Part shown: positions 28,305 to 37,972 of the stretch, piece by piece
Layout: every line of letters begins with the position of its first letter
Position numbering within the stretch: position 1 is the first letter of the stretch
Notes under the pieces: model-generated
What the model saw: only the letters and a program-made list of their open reading frames with translations
What the model was told of the DNA's origin: nothing
The model's database searches: none
Translations under genes and position numbers: made by a program
Assembly (NCBI GenBank): GCA_964642855.1
Contig: CAZXSK010000011.1
Span: 10,042 to 74,041, forward strand
Reading direction: 5' to 3'
Source of the DNA: an uncultured Planctomycetaceae bacterium
GTDB taxonomy: Bacteria > Planctomycetota > Phycisphaerae > SM23-33
Length of the DNA: 64,000 nucleotides

Positions 28305-28958
28305 ATGGAAACCTATTGCCAGGATCGCGACCTGTTGCGGCTGGAACCGACGCTGTTCCTCGCCGGCGGCGCCCCGGGACAGGAACTGACGCGTCACGAC
28401 GGCGTCGACGTCAGCGGGACGACCCTTACCTGCAGCTCCGCCGACTTCACCGAGTCGGGTATTGCGCCAGGAATGGTCGTCACGCTGTACACCGACCATC
28501 CCGGAGAAGGCGTCGGGCTGGAGATCATCTCTATCGATGGCCCGACCCAGCTGACCGTTTCTGTACTTCGGCCCCGGACCGACCTGCCTGCCATCCCGCC
28601 CCAGCCATGCACCGACGCATCGCTCCTCGTCCATACCTACCAAGCCCAGATCCAGGCGGTCAGCAGCAACCTGGGTGAGAAGCTCCGCACGCTGGCCGAA
28701 GCCGAAGGGGTCGACATATCAGACTTCGGTCCGTCGTGGCAACTCACGCATGCGGTCACCTGTGGCGTGCTGGCAGAGGTCTTCACCAGCCGCGCAGAAC
28801 AGGGGCAGGTCGACGACACGACGTGGCTGAAAGTTCGCCACTACGGCGACGAATTCCGGCGGTCTCTCGTCCAGATCCGACTCACCGTGGACGCAAACGG
28901 TGATGGCATCGCCGAACGCACTCGTTCGCTGGGCAATGTCCGCCTCCGGAGGACGTAG
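28305..28958 (+). CDS. phage-like structural protein (head completion/connector candidate)
   Basis: 217 aa. ATG at 28305 after GGAG. It immediately follows the capsid gene. Confidence 0.45.
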   Translation: METYCQDRDLLRLEPTLFLAGGAPGQELTRHDGVDVSGTTLTCSSADFTESGIAPGMVVTLYTDHPGEGVGLEIISIDGPTQLTVSVLRPRTDLPAIPPQPCTDASLLVHTYQAQIQAVSSNLGEKLRTLAEAEGVDISDFGPSWQLTHAVTCGVLAEVFTSRAEQGQVDDTTWLKVRHYGDEFRRSLVQIRLTVDANGDGIAERTRSLGNVRLRRT

Positions 28959-28960
28959 TC

Positions 28961-29389
28961 ATGTCTGGCCTCTATGATCTGCTGGCCAATATCCTCGGGG
29001 TGCTCCGGAGTGTTCCTGACCTCCGCGCGGTCTCGCTGGCCGGTGAGCCGACCAGCCGAGAGGTGCCCCGTGCCTCGGTGGCTGTGCTCTCGCGCGAGAC
29101 CTTCCCCCCGGATGACTCCGCGACGGGGATCTGGCATCGCACGACGATACGCATCGCGATCGTCACCAACGCGGGACGCACCGACGCGGGCCTCGCAAGA
29201 CTCTCCGAACTCGCTGAAACCGTTGCCCAGGCTCTTCTCGGCGACCCGCACCGGGGCGGAACCTGCAGCGACCTGCCCGTCGGGAGGGCGACCGAGATCG
29301 AATGCTTCGAGACCCTCGACGTCGACGAGCCCGGACGCGTGGCCGTGACCCTGGTCGTTCGAACGCACAGCGAAAGCGAGGTGGCGTGA
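28961..29389 (+). CDS. phage head-tail joining/tail-completion-like small protein
   Basis: 142 aa. GGAGG 6 nt before the ATG. Size and position are typical of head-tail adaptor proteins. Confidence 0.45.
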   Translation: MSGLYDLLANILGVLRSVPDLRAVSLAGEPTSREVPRASVAVLSRETFPPDDSATGIWHRTTIRIAIVTNAGRTDAGLARLSELAETVAQALLGDPHRGGTCSDLPVGRATEIECFETLDVDEPGRVAVTLVVRTHSESEVA

Positions 29390-29793
29390 TGGCCCGCTAC
29401 AGCCGCATCGAGTCCGTCCAGTTCGATGGCGTGGTGCTGCCCCTGCCGGTGTCGGTGAAGACCAACCGTTCGGCTGCCGTCGCGCCGCGGTGCGACGACA
29501 CCCGTCTTCACGAGTCCAGCGTACAACTGCACGACGCTTGGGTAACGGCCGAGTTCACCTGCCGAGGCCTGGCCGTCGCCGACAGCCTGTCTCTCGGTCA
29601 ACAGGGCGACTGCGTGATCGATCTTCGCGACGCTTCCGGCTCAGGAGGGAGACGGATGACGCTTCACTCCGCCGTCGTCGTGGACATCCGGACAAGCTGC
29701 GACCAGCGCCAACCGGCGGAGACCGTCGTGCGACTTCGCGCCCAGGCCGACGATGTTCACACCACCCCCTACCAGACGGAGGTGACGCCATGA
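29389..29793 (+). CDS. phage-like small structural protein
   Basis: 134 aa. ATG overlaps the upstream TGA as TGATG. Confidence 0.4.
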   Translation: MARYSRIESVQFDGVVLPLPVSVKTNRSAAVAPRCDDTRLHESSVQLHDAWVTAEFTCRGLAVADSLSLGQQGDCVIDLRDASGSGGRRMTLHSAVVVDIRTSCDQRQPAETVVRLRAQADDVHTTPYQTEVTP

Positions 29794-30155
29794 TCCTCTT
29801 CGACCAGCAGGACCTGTACTCGTCGGGGCCCGCGTCGCTCCAGCCGGACAGTTGGCAGCGGCAGACGGTCCGAAGGGGCTTCGCCGGCCAGGATGGCGAG
29901 TTGCTGCTCGACCTCGGCCGCCGGTCGCGCGCGATCGTCCAGACCGGCCGGTTGCAGGCCGACACAATCGACGCTCTCGATTCGCAGATCCAGGCTATCG
30001 AAGCCGCCGCCGATGGCGACGTCTGCACGTTGACCGGTCCACACGGCCGGGAATTCCCCAACACCATTCTCGAAGGGTTCTCGCTGCAGACGCCCGTTCG
30101 CACCGGCCGGGGGCTGTGGTGCGATTACCGCATCGAATACAGGCAACTGCGATGA
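29790..30155 (+). CDS. phage-like small structural protein
   Basis: 121 aa. ATGA start/stop overlap with the upstream gene. Confidence 0.4.
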   Translation: MILFDQQDLYSSGPASLQPDSWQRQTVRRGFAGQDGELLLDLGRRSRAIVQTGRLQADTIDALDSQIQAIEAAADGDVCTLTGPHGREFPNTILEGFSLQTPVRTGRGLWCDYRIEYRQLR

Positions 30156-30886
30156 CGCCCGAACTGCACACCGACGATATCCGCCTCCTTTCGGCCACGC
30201 CGAACGGCAGCCCGCCGGGTTGGCTTTTTGAGTACGAGACCGGCCACGCCAGCCGCGCCCACCAGCTGTACGTCGACGGGCGCCTGGCAGACTGGGCCCA
30301 GCCGGGGGAGCCTCGCACGTTCTTCCTGCCCGACACATCCCGCGCCGCACGGATCACCGTTGTCGCCGTCGACGTTCCCTTCATGCGGCGAGACCTGTCC
30401 CGGTTGCTGCCGCCTTACGCAGCAGCGCCGACATGGACGAACGGGTACCTCCTGACGCGCGCCCCGACCCTTCGCGACGGCGACCAGGTCGCGATCCTCG
30501 CGCGAGAGCAAGGCAGCGACCCGTCGGCCGACACCGTCGTCGACCGACAGATCGCCTGGCCTGCAGATCGGCCTCGGTGGGCGTTCGGCGAGGACGCCTT
30601 CGGCCGGGGAGCATTTGGCTGGGGCGGCTCGCGGGCGCCCGGCATGGGCGAAGCGCACTTCGGCGCGGGTCCGTTCGGCTTCGACGAAGCCGGCCTGTCG
30701 CTCGTGGCGGATCTGCAGGAATCAGGCCGATACGTCCTGACCCCCGCCAGCCTGTCCATCGACGGCACGATCGTTCGCGCCGACCCGCAGACCGTGGACG
30801 TCGAGCTGCCGCCCCCGCCGGGGGGCTCTCTCTCCGTGACGGACTACGACTCCCAGACCCGAACCATCACCCTTTCCCTTTCCTGA
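30152..30886 (+). CDS. phage-like structural protein with Gly-rich segment
   Basis: 244 aa. ATGA overlap with the upstream gene. Contains FGRGAFGWGGSRAPGMGEAHFGAGPFGFD. Confidence 0.45.
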   Translation: MTPELHTDDIRLLSATPNGSPPGWLFEYETGHASRAHQLYVDGRLADWAQPGEPRTFFLPDTSRAARITVVAVDVPFMRRDLSRLLPPYAAAPTWTNGYLLTRAPTLRDGDQVAILAREQGSDPSADTVVDRQIAWPADRPRWAFGEDAFGRGAFGWGGSRAPGMGEAHFGAGPFGFDEAGLSLVADLQESGRYVLTPASLSIDGTIVRADPQTVDVELPPPPGGSLSVTDYDSQTRTITLSLS

Positions 30887-30894
30887 GGAACACC

Positions 30895-31728
30895 ATGACT
30901 GAACTCTACCCGACCGACGCCGACCTCAACGCCCTGTCCGGGGCCACCGATCCCGAGCAGGAAGTACTCTTCCTGCCCATTGGCGAGTCGCCGTATCACA
31001 CGAGCTTCTACCGAATGCTCTACCGGCTGCTGGACGTCTCCCGCCGGGCCGGCGACCTGCGCGTGTACAAGGACGGAGATCTGACCTTCGGCGTCAGGCC
31101 AGGTCGCTGGATGAACGGCCAGGCCGAAGTCGTCTACGTCGGCAGCGAAGCCAATGCGCTGGCCAATAACCTCGACAATTACATCTACCTGCTGCCGGAC
31201 GGGACGCTCACGACCAATACCACCGGCCTGCCCGATCCGGTCGACCAACCCCACCTGCCCCTCGCGAAGATCTCCACCAGCCTGGGCACCTACGCCCACG
31301 GCGACATCACCGACCTGCGAGGCCGGGCGCTGTACCGCCCGTGCGGCGGGCTTGTCGGCGACCTGGAAGCCCAGGCCGTCTCCCTCATACCGACGCTGTC
31401 GATCACCGCAGCCGCCGAAGTGTCCGACGTGCGAACCCTCTCGGTGCAGGTCTGCGACGCTGCCGGCTCGGACCAGGCTGGACGGTTCGTGATCCGCACC
31501 TGGTTGGCGGAGTCCGAGTTCGCCGCCCCGTCGGCGACGGGCAACAGCGTAGCCGTCTCGGCCGGGTCTGCACTTCGCCAGATCCAGGCCAATGCGGACT
31601 ACGAGCTGATCAGCGACAGTTCCGGCCTGGTCTCGCTCGATGTCACCATCACCTCCACCGCCACCCGCTACCTCATGGCCGAGATCGACGGGAAGATCTA
31701 CTCCAGCGGCCCGGTGGATTGGGCGTAG
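30895..31728 (+). CDS. phage-like tail/structural protein
   Basis: 277 aa. GAGGA before the ATG. Ser/Thr/Ala-rich beta-type composition. Confidence 0.45.
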   Translation: MTELYPTDADLNALSGATDPEQEVLFLPIGESPYHTSFYRMLYRLLDVSRRAGDLRVYKDGDLTFGVRPGRWMNGQAEVVYVGSEANALANNLDNYIYLLPDGTLTTNTTGLPDPVDQPHLPLAKISTSLGTYAHGDITDLRGRALYRPCGGLVGDLEAQAVSLIPTLSITAAAEVSDVRTLSVQVCDAAGSDQAGRFVIRTWLAESEFAAPSATGNSVAVSAGSALRQIQANADYELISDSSGLVSLDVTITSTATRYLMAEIDGKIYSSGPVDWA

Positions 31729-31753
31729 CCCCCGCTTCCGAAAGCGACTCAAC

Positions 31754-33874
31754 ATGACCATCTATCATCACATCGACAATTCTGTTCCGGACTTCGGTGA
31801 GTGGGACTCCGTCACCGGCGCCTCCTCGGGGGTGTTGACCCAGACGCCGGATGCAAACTGGCCGGAGCAGCCCGGCATGGGCCTGCGGATCGACACGGCA
31901 GCGCAGGCAGTCGCCCACGCCGACAAGTCACTTGGGCTTACTCTTGCACCGGGCCAGCGGCTTACGTGGACCTTCTCGCTCAATGCACACGGAAGCATTT
32001 CACTGGCTGTGTTCGCTATTCTCACGGCGTCGGCGAGGACAGCCCTCTGCGTGCTGCAGGAGCTCGGAAACCAAGTCCGCTTCAGCGCAGCGAGGGATCC
32101 CGGTGGGTACGAGGACCTCGTCGCCGACGTGCACGTGGGATGCTGGCACCGGTTCTCGCTGAGTATCCGCAGAGCATCCGCGCCCGGGGTAGCAGACGGG
32201 GAAGTCACGCTCTGGCAGGACGGCGTCGTTCGGGATCATGCGAGCATCGAGAACTACAACAGCACGAGCGGGCTTCTTGCGCTGACGTGCGGCAATCTCG
32301 TGGCCGTCACCGCAGCAACGGAACTCGACATCGACGACCTGGTCTTTTCCGATGACCGGCCATCGCCCGGGTCTTCTTCCACAGACATCAGCGCCCCATC
32401 GACCTACGGCACCATCCTGCTTATTCCCGATTCCGAGCAAGGCTACCTCTTCGGCGAACAGTGCGCACAGATCGCAGGCGTTCCGCGGGCGAACATCCTT
32501 CATCTCCCGGGGCTGTCGACCTCGGAGCAGCTTGCCTCCTACAGCGACTTCCAGCAGCAGGTCGAAACGCCACTGGCGGAGTTCTTCAGCAACTGGCCCG
32601 ACCTCGCCGACCGCTGCTGCTGTTTCCTGCTCGGACCGGGCGTGCCCGGGTCTTTTCTGCACGAAGGGGTCGCCCACTCCACCGCTTCACGATTGATGCG
32701 CTTTGGCCAGCCGTTTGTCGGAAGCGTCGCGAACCCGCTGATCTGCTTGCCTCTCGGGCGTCTCGACCCCGCGACGCTTCGATCGCACGGGATCCATCTC
32801 GCCGCCCGGATCGACGGGCCCACCTTCAGCGAAGCGTGCGATCTTCTCCACCGAGGGGTGGACTGCACGTCCGATGCGATCCCGCAGGACAACCGCTTCT
32901 GCTGCGACGATGGAGACGTTCGCGCGTCCCTGGCCGCCCAGGCGCTCCGACTTGACGCGGACCCACTGGACCTCCTTGAAAACGACGCGATCACCTGGAC
33001 GCAGACCGACCCATCGGGCTGGGGAGAAGGCGGCGCCCGCGCCCTGTTCGCCGATCTCCGGGCTGGCTCGCTGACCGCGCTGCGAACGACCTCCGACGCC
33101 GTCAGCGATGCGATCCACACGCGCGGATACGCAGCGGGGGTCGGATCCGTCGGAGCTGCCCTTGCACTCGACCCCCACCGATTCCTGACGATGTTGCATC
33201 TCGGGGCAACCCTTGCGGAAGCGGCGGCTGTTTCCTCGCCGACGCTCGATGACGGACTGGTGCTGGCGGGGTATCCGATGGCGACGCCGCAACTTCCCCG
33301 AGGCGGGGCGACGATCTACCGCGGCAGGGGGTCGATCCGCCAGGTCGATTGGTCCCAGCCTGTGGCCTATCTGCGGGAGGGCCAGACGCAGGTCACGCTG
33401 CCCAACCCGCTGGATGGCGCCGGCGACCACGTCCTTGCCGCCCGCCGCGTGTCGCAGGCCGGCCTGGAGGAGCAAAGCACCCACGTTGTCGCCATCGCCC
33501 GCATCGACGAAGACGGCCAGTTGCTTCCGCCACCGTTGCCCGTGCCGGCCGACCTGTCGTTCACCCCGCTTTCCGCAACGTCGGGGCTTTTGCACTGGAC
33601 GAACCAGTCGGAGCCGGGCTTCGCCTTGCCGGACGAATACCAGGTTCTGGCAGCCAATCGGGCGGACTCGCTGGCCGGCAGCGACCCTGTACTCACCGTA
33701 CCCGGTTCCGAGAGCGCCCCCTTCCTGGTGGCTGAGCTGGACCCGCTGCCAGAAGGTCCCTGGCTTGCGGTCCGTGCCGTCGCCCAAGGCCGAGCCGGGC
33801 GTCTCAGCAAGCCGCTGCGAATCCAGGCCAATCCGACACTGCCCGCACCTGCAAGCCTTGGAGGTCCCTCATGA
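31754..33874 (+). CDS. large phage-like tail fibre / receptor-binding-like protein with C-terminal fibronectin-III-like domain
   Basis: 706 aa. The N-terminal region resembles a concanavalin/LamG-like jelly-roll (EVTLWQDGVVRDHASIENYNSTSGLLALTCGNL). The C-terminal about 100 aa (DLSFTPLSATSGLLHWTNQSEPGFALPDEYQVL...) fit an FN3 pattern. Confidence 0.5.
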   Translation: MTIYHHIDNSVPDFGEWDSVTGASSGVLTQTPDANWPEQPGMGLRIDTAAQAVAHADKSLGLTLAPGQRLTWTFSLNAHGSISLAVFAILTASARTALCVLQELGNQVRFSAARDPGGYEDLVADVHVGCWHRFSLSIRRASAPGVADGEVTLWQDGVVRDHASIENYNSTSGLLALTCGNLVAVTAATELDIDDLVFSDDRPSPGSSSTDISAPSTYGTILLIPDSEQGYLFGEQCAQIAGVPRANILHLPGLSTSEQLASYSDFQQQVETPLAEFFSNWPDLADRCCCFLLGPGVPGSFLHEGVAHSTASRLMRFGQPFVGSVANPLICLPLGRLDPATLRSHGIHLAARIDGPTFSEACDLLHRGVDCTSDAIPQDNRFCCDDGDVRASLAAQALRLDADPLDLLENDAITWTQTDPSGWGEGGARALFADLRAGSLTALRTTSDAVSDAIHTRGYAAGVGSVGAALALDPHRFLTMLHLGATLAEAAAVSSPTLDDGLVLAGYPMATPQLPRGGATIYRGRGSIRQVDWSQPVAYLREGQTQVTLPNPLDGAGDHVLAARRVSQAGLEEQSTHVVAIARIDEDGQLLPPPLPVPADLSFTPLSATSGLLHWTNQSEPGFALPDEYQVLAANRADSLAGSDPVLTVPGSESAPFLVAELDPLPEGPWLAVRAVAQGRAGRLSKPLRIQANPTLPAPASLGGPS

Positions 33875-35607
33875 GCTGCACCTGGACGCTGCCGAAGATC
33901 CCGATCACCGCGACGGTCCTTCGTCCGCTTCCGCCGCGTATCCTCGTGGCTGGCCGCAGGCGATATGACCTGCAGGCACTCGGATGGCGGGTCGAAGGCC
34001 CCCCGCTGTTCGGACAGGCCGAGATCGTTCTGCGTTCGCCGCTGGCTGCCGGCCGAGACGTCCGGCTGGAGCAGGCGCACCGGTTGCCGGCAATCGGGGA
34101 AGAAGTCGTCCTGCTTCCGGGCGATCGGCAGGACTCGTGGCGCTTCCCCGGCATCGTTGTCGAGCACCGAACCGGTATCGACGACGGCGAGCGATTGGTC
34201 GCCGTGCTCAAGCATCGCCTGGGTGTGCTGCTGGACATTCATGCGATCGGCCGATGGGTTCAGACTCCCGCCGGCCCGGTCGACCGATCGGACCTGCCTC
34301 TGCACTTCAACACCGGCCCGGAGACACTTGCCACCCCGGACGTCCACGAGACCTCGTCAGGCAGAGTGACTCGAAGGTTCACCTCCGCCCCTGAAGGTAC
34401 GCGATGGACATTCGCCGATGCACTGTCCTACGTGATCGCTGTCTTCGTGCCCGAATCGGTCGACGTGCCTTCCCGCGAAGAACTGCTCGACCTCTGTGGC
34501 CGGCGCGAACTCCTGCCTGCCCGCTTTGAGGGGCGGGGTCTCTGCAGCGTGCTGGAAGAACTCTCCGCAAGGGCGGGTTTGGTCCTCCGTGGTTCACGAA
34601 GCGGCCGCGGCCTGGTGATTCACAAGGCCGGCGAAGGCCGAACGCGCCAGGTTCGGCTGCAGGCTCCCGGGGGCGACTTTCACCCCTCCACGACCAACCT
34701 GTGGAAGGCGGAGATCGTCACGCGCACCCGCCCTCGAAAGCCCGGCGTATTGGCCATCGGGCAGAAGAAGCGATTCGAAGTGACCCTGCAACTCCAGCCC
34801 GGATGGGATCCGTTGGACGAGACCTCGCGATGGCGCGATACGTCGCGGGAACTCGCCTCGCCCGGCGCCCGGCTGGAGTCTGTGTACAGGCGATGGGTGC
34901 TCAACGAGCACGGAGCGTACAGTCGGCCTCCGCTGGCTCTCGATGCGACTGACCTGTCGACGATCTCAGCGGAGGACTTCCAGGAGGTCAAGGCCAGGCG
35001 ATGGCTTCCGTGCATCTCGTGCGATGCGCTGGGACGGTCGCTCGGGGTCGTCGTCGAGGTCAGCACCGATGGCGGTTCGACCTACGCCCCCTGGCCGGGA
35101 CGCGTGCGCGTGTCCCGCGAGCAATGCGCCATCTTCCTGGACGATCCGTCGCTGCCCGCCGACTACTTCGCCGCGGCCGTCGAAGGGCTCGTCCGGGTCC
35201 GTGTCACCGGCTGCCTGGAAGGCGACCTGCCGCTGATCTGGCACGAGCCCGGCCGGGACGGCGACGGAGTCGAAATCCTGCGTGACCAGGAGGCGCGTTG
35301 GGCTGCGGTGCATTCCAGCAGCATCTTCTCCGGCGAGGGCGCCGTCGGGCCGACAGATCAGGCCGATGACACCGGGCGACTGCAGGATCTGGCCGCGGCC
35401 TGTGTTGCCGATCAAAGCGAACGGTCCCGTTCGTCCTTGACCCTCGGCTGGGTCGACGGCGGTTACCACGTCGGCGACATCATCGAACGTGTCGAGGGCA
35501 GATCCCTCGACCTGCCCTCGGCACGCGGAGCCGGCGGGCGGATCGTCGGCGTCCGTCACGTGTGCGGCGACACCCAGACCACCACCCTCATCGTGGAGCA
35601 AGCATGA
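33871..35607 (+). CDS. large phage-like tail/baseplate-like protein
   Basis: 578 aa. ATGA overlap with the upstream gene. No enzymatic motif was recognised. Confidence 0.5.
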   Translation: MSCTWTLPKIPITATVLRPLPPRILVAGRRRYDLQALGWRVEGPPLFGQAEIVLRSPLAAGRDVRLEQAHRLPAIGEEVVLLPGDRQDSWRFPGIVVEHRTGIDDGERLVAVLKHRLGVLLDIHAIGRWVQTPAGPVDRSDLPLHFNTGPETLATPDVHETSSGRVTRRFTSAPEGTRWTFADALSYVIAVFVPESVDVPSREELLDLCGRRELLPARFEGRGLCSVLEELSARAGLVLRGSRSGRGLVIHKAGEGRTRQVRLQAPGGDFHPSTTNLWKAEIVTRTRPRKPGVLAIGQKKRFEVTLQLQPGWDPLDETSRWRDTSRELASPGARLESVYRRWVLNEHGAYSRPPLALDATDLSTISAEDFQEVKARRWLPCISCDALGRSLGVVVEVSTDGGSTYAPWPGRVRVSREQCAIFLDDPSLPADYFAAAVEGLVRVRVTGCLEGDLPLIWHEPGRDGDGVEILRDQEARWAAVHSSSIFSGEGAVGPTDQADDTGRLQDLAAACVADQSERSRSSLTLGWVDGGYHVGDIIERVEGRSLDLPSARGAGGRIVGVRHVCGDTQTTTLIVEQA

Positions 35608-36161
35608 CCGATATCGATCCATACACAGACCGTCTCCAGTGGCTTGCCCAGGCAGGCGGCGTTCGCGGCGTGCAACTCGTGCGCATCGGCGAGGTCGACA
35701 GCGGCAACTGCTACCAGGCCCAACCCGCGGAGTTCGACTCGTCGGGCGAGCTTGCGACCATCGACGGGTCGACGCTGACGGTGACCAACATCGCCGAGAC
35801 GCCGGACAGCGCAGGCCAGGTTCCCGCCGGCAGCCACGCATGCGCCGTCGACGTCGAAGGCCGGTGGATCGTGCATCTCTCGCCGCCATCCACCAGCGTG
35901 TTCCCCGCGAAGGTGATCTCCGCCGATGGCGGGGCGACCTACACGGTTCGCGAGCAGCAGATAAGTGGTACGGACACGTTGTCCGACGCAGCCGGGGCCG
36001 TTGATGTCCCGGCACGCAATCTCTCGGAACTCACCCTCGGGCCCGGGGGGGCAGTCGATGTCGGCGCGATCGTACTGGTCTGCCCGAGACCCGACGCAGC
36101 CAGCCCCGCGACGCTTCGGTACCTCTTCGACCATCCCGTCTACGCCAGGTACCTGGACTGA
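35604..36161 (+). CDS. phage-like structural protein
   Basis: 185 aa. ATGA overlap with the upstream gene. Confidence 0.45.
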   Translation: MTDIDPYTDRLQWLAQAGGVRGVQLVRIGEVDSGNCYQAQPAEFDSSGELATIDGSTLTVTNIAETPDSAGQVPAGSHACAVDVEGRWIVHLSPPSTSVFPAKVISADGGATYTVREQQISGTDTLSDAAGAVDVPARNLSELTLGPGGAVDVGAIVLVCPRPDAASPATLRYLFDHPVYARYLD

Positions 36162-36164
36162 CCC

Positions 36165-37202
36165 ATGACCTATGACCCGACATGGAGCCAGGGCGACGCC
36201 ACCGGCCTGCAGGGCGGGGTACATTCCGTCCGCGCCACGGACGTCGGCGAGATCGCAGCTGCGATCAACCGCAGGCGGGAACTGACCTACCAGGACGCGC
36301 AGGACTACTCCGGCGGGATCCAGGCCGGCAGGTGGATCGACACGTCCGTGATCGATGCAGCCACAGCTCCGCCCTTCGAGAACCTGCGAAGCTCGTGGAC
36401 GAGCGACATTCTCTCTGCGCCCGTGGGCACGCTGGGGGGCAACCCGCCGTCGCCGACATGCATGGACTGGCTGTGGCCTGTCGCTGACGCGGACGAGGGC
36501 AAGGTGATCGTCGCCTCTGCGCCCGGGGCAGGGGAGGTCGGGCTGTTCGCAAAGATCAACGGCGGCAGCGACTGGACCGACCCCACGCTGGCGGCCGGGC
36601 AGACCGCCGTCCGGACGGTGCACGTCAACGAACTCCGCGATGCAGCTGCGATTGTCTCTCGCGGCCGGTGGACGCTCCCTGTGTACCTGGCCGGGGGGAT
36701 CTTCTCGATCATGCCCGACACGCCGTGGATCGGAGACTCGGTCGCCAACAACGGCAGCGACGAACTCCGCGCGGTCGGCTTTGCCTGGCTGCGGTCGCCG
36801 GCCACGCCGTCGCAGGGGCTTGTGAACGTGACCGTCCGCGACGCCAGCGAACTGGAGCTGACCGCGTCGGACGACTGCAGCCTGGCTATCTACCGGTGCT
36901 GTCGCGCCATCGATTTCCTCGCCGACCCGCCGACCTGGAACGAGTATGCCCCGTTGGGATCATCGGCGTGGGCTTTGCCTGGCGGAACGGGCGCGGGCGA
37001 TGCGGTCTACCTCGGGCAGGTCTCCTTGGCGGCCGGGGTGCCGGGCACGCTGAGCAACTCCGCACTCGCCCTGGGGCTGCAGGCGATGGTGGACGGCGAG
37101 CCCCAGAACTTCCTGATCCGTCGGACCGACGCCAGCCCGGACACCATCGACGTATCGGCCACCGCACGAATCGAATTCGACTTGAACACACCCCCTAACT
37201 GA
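36165..37202 (+). CDS. phage-like structural protein
   Basis: 345 aa. Starts 4 nt after the upstream stop. Confidence 0.5.
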   Translation: MTYDPTWSQGDATGLQGGVHSVRATDVGEIAAAINRRRELTYQDAQDYSGGIQAGRWIDTSVIDAATAPPFENLRSSWTSDILSAPVGTLGGNPPSPTCMDWLWPVADADEGKVIVASAPGAGEVGLFAKINGGSDWTDPTLAAGQTAVRTVHVNELRDAAAIVSRGRWTLPVYLAGGIFSIMPDTPWIGDSVANNGSDELRAVGFAWLRSPATPSQGLVNVTVRDASELELTASDDCSLAIYRCCRAIDFLADPPTWNEYAPLGSSAWALPGGTGAGDAVYLGQVSLAAGVPGTLSNSALALGLQAMVDGEPQNFLIRRTDASPDTIDVSATARIEFDLNTPPN

Positions 37203-37215
37203 GGAAGGAGCAACC

Positions 37216-37488
37216 ATGGAACCGTTGACAGGAATCACCGACTTTGCAGGACTCGGAGCGGCCGGGCTGATGGGAGCGATGTGGCTGTGGGAGCGAAAGC
37301 TCAGCCGCGACCGCGACCAGCAGCTCGTGCAGTCTCACGAGCGGATCATGCGGGACGAGCAGCGGCTCGACAAGCTCACCGAGGTCGTCGAGCACAACAC
37401 CACCGCGCTGACGCGGTTCGAGGAGGTCCAGCGGCTGCAGACCGACGTCCTGCAGCACATGCTCAAGGAGCGCGGCCATGTTGCGTAG
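37216..37488 (+). CDS. small single-TM coiled-coil protein (holin- or i-spanin-like candidate)
   Basis: 90 aa. Strong GAGGAAGGAG Shine-Dalgarno sequence. One TM helix (GLGAAGLMGAMWLW) followed by a charged coiled-coil. Confidence 0.45.
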   Translation: MEPLTGITDFAGLGAAGLMGAMWLWERKLSRDRDQQLVQSHERIMRDEQRLDKLTEVVEHNTTALTRFEEVQRLQTDVLQHMLKERGHVA

Positions 37489-37972
37489 GCGACTGCTTGT
37501 CTGTTCGTCGTGGGTCTGCCTGCTGGCCGGGTGCGGCGCGCCTCCGGCGACGGTCGATCTGCTGTCGGTCGCGCGGGAGGGTGTCGCCCGGGCAGGCGAC
37601 CAGCAGGAGCAACTGCACGAGCAGAAAATCCGTCAGCTGGAGGGCAATTTGGACGCCCTGGACCGCGCATTCGACGCCGACGTGCGGCTGGTTGCTTCCG
37701 GCGGGGTCACCGCTGCCGACGGCGAGGTACTGGAATTGACGCCCGAGTGGGTGATCTCGTCCCGCAAGGGCTACGCAGCCGGGCGGTCGATCATCCAGGA
37801 GCAGATCCGCCGGGAACTGCAGGACCACGCCCTTCGCCGGGAGAACCTCCACGCGGTCGACGACGCGTTGGAGATGGCCCGGAGGCTGCTTGTCCGCCAG
37901 CAGTTGCTGCTGGGGCGGATGGGCGTTTCGTGGGAGCGGCTGGAAAGGAGGATCCGCGATGACCAGCGATGA
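37478..37972 (+). CDS. small lipoprotein (o-spanin-like candidate)
   Basis: 164 aa. Lipobox LLAGC. Overlaps the upstream gene by 11 nt. Coiled-coil-rich. Confidence 0.45.
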   Translation: MLRRRLLVCSSWVCLLAGCGAPPATVDLLSVAREGVARAGDQQEQLHEQKIRQLEGNLDALDRAFDADVRLVASGGVTAADGEVLELTPEWVISSRKGYAAGRSIIQEQIRRELQDHALRRENLHAVDDALEMARRLLVRQQLLLGRMGVSWERLERRIRDDQR

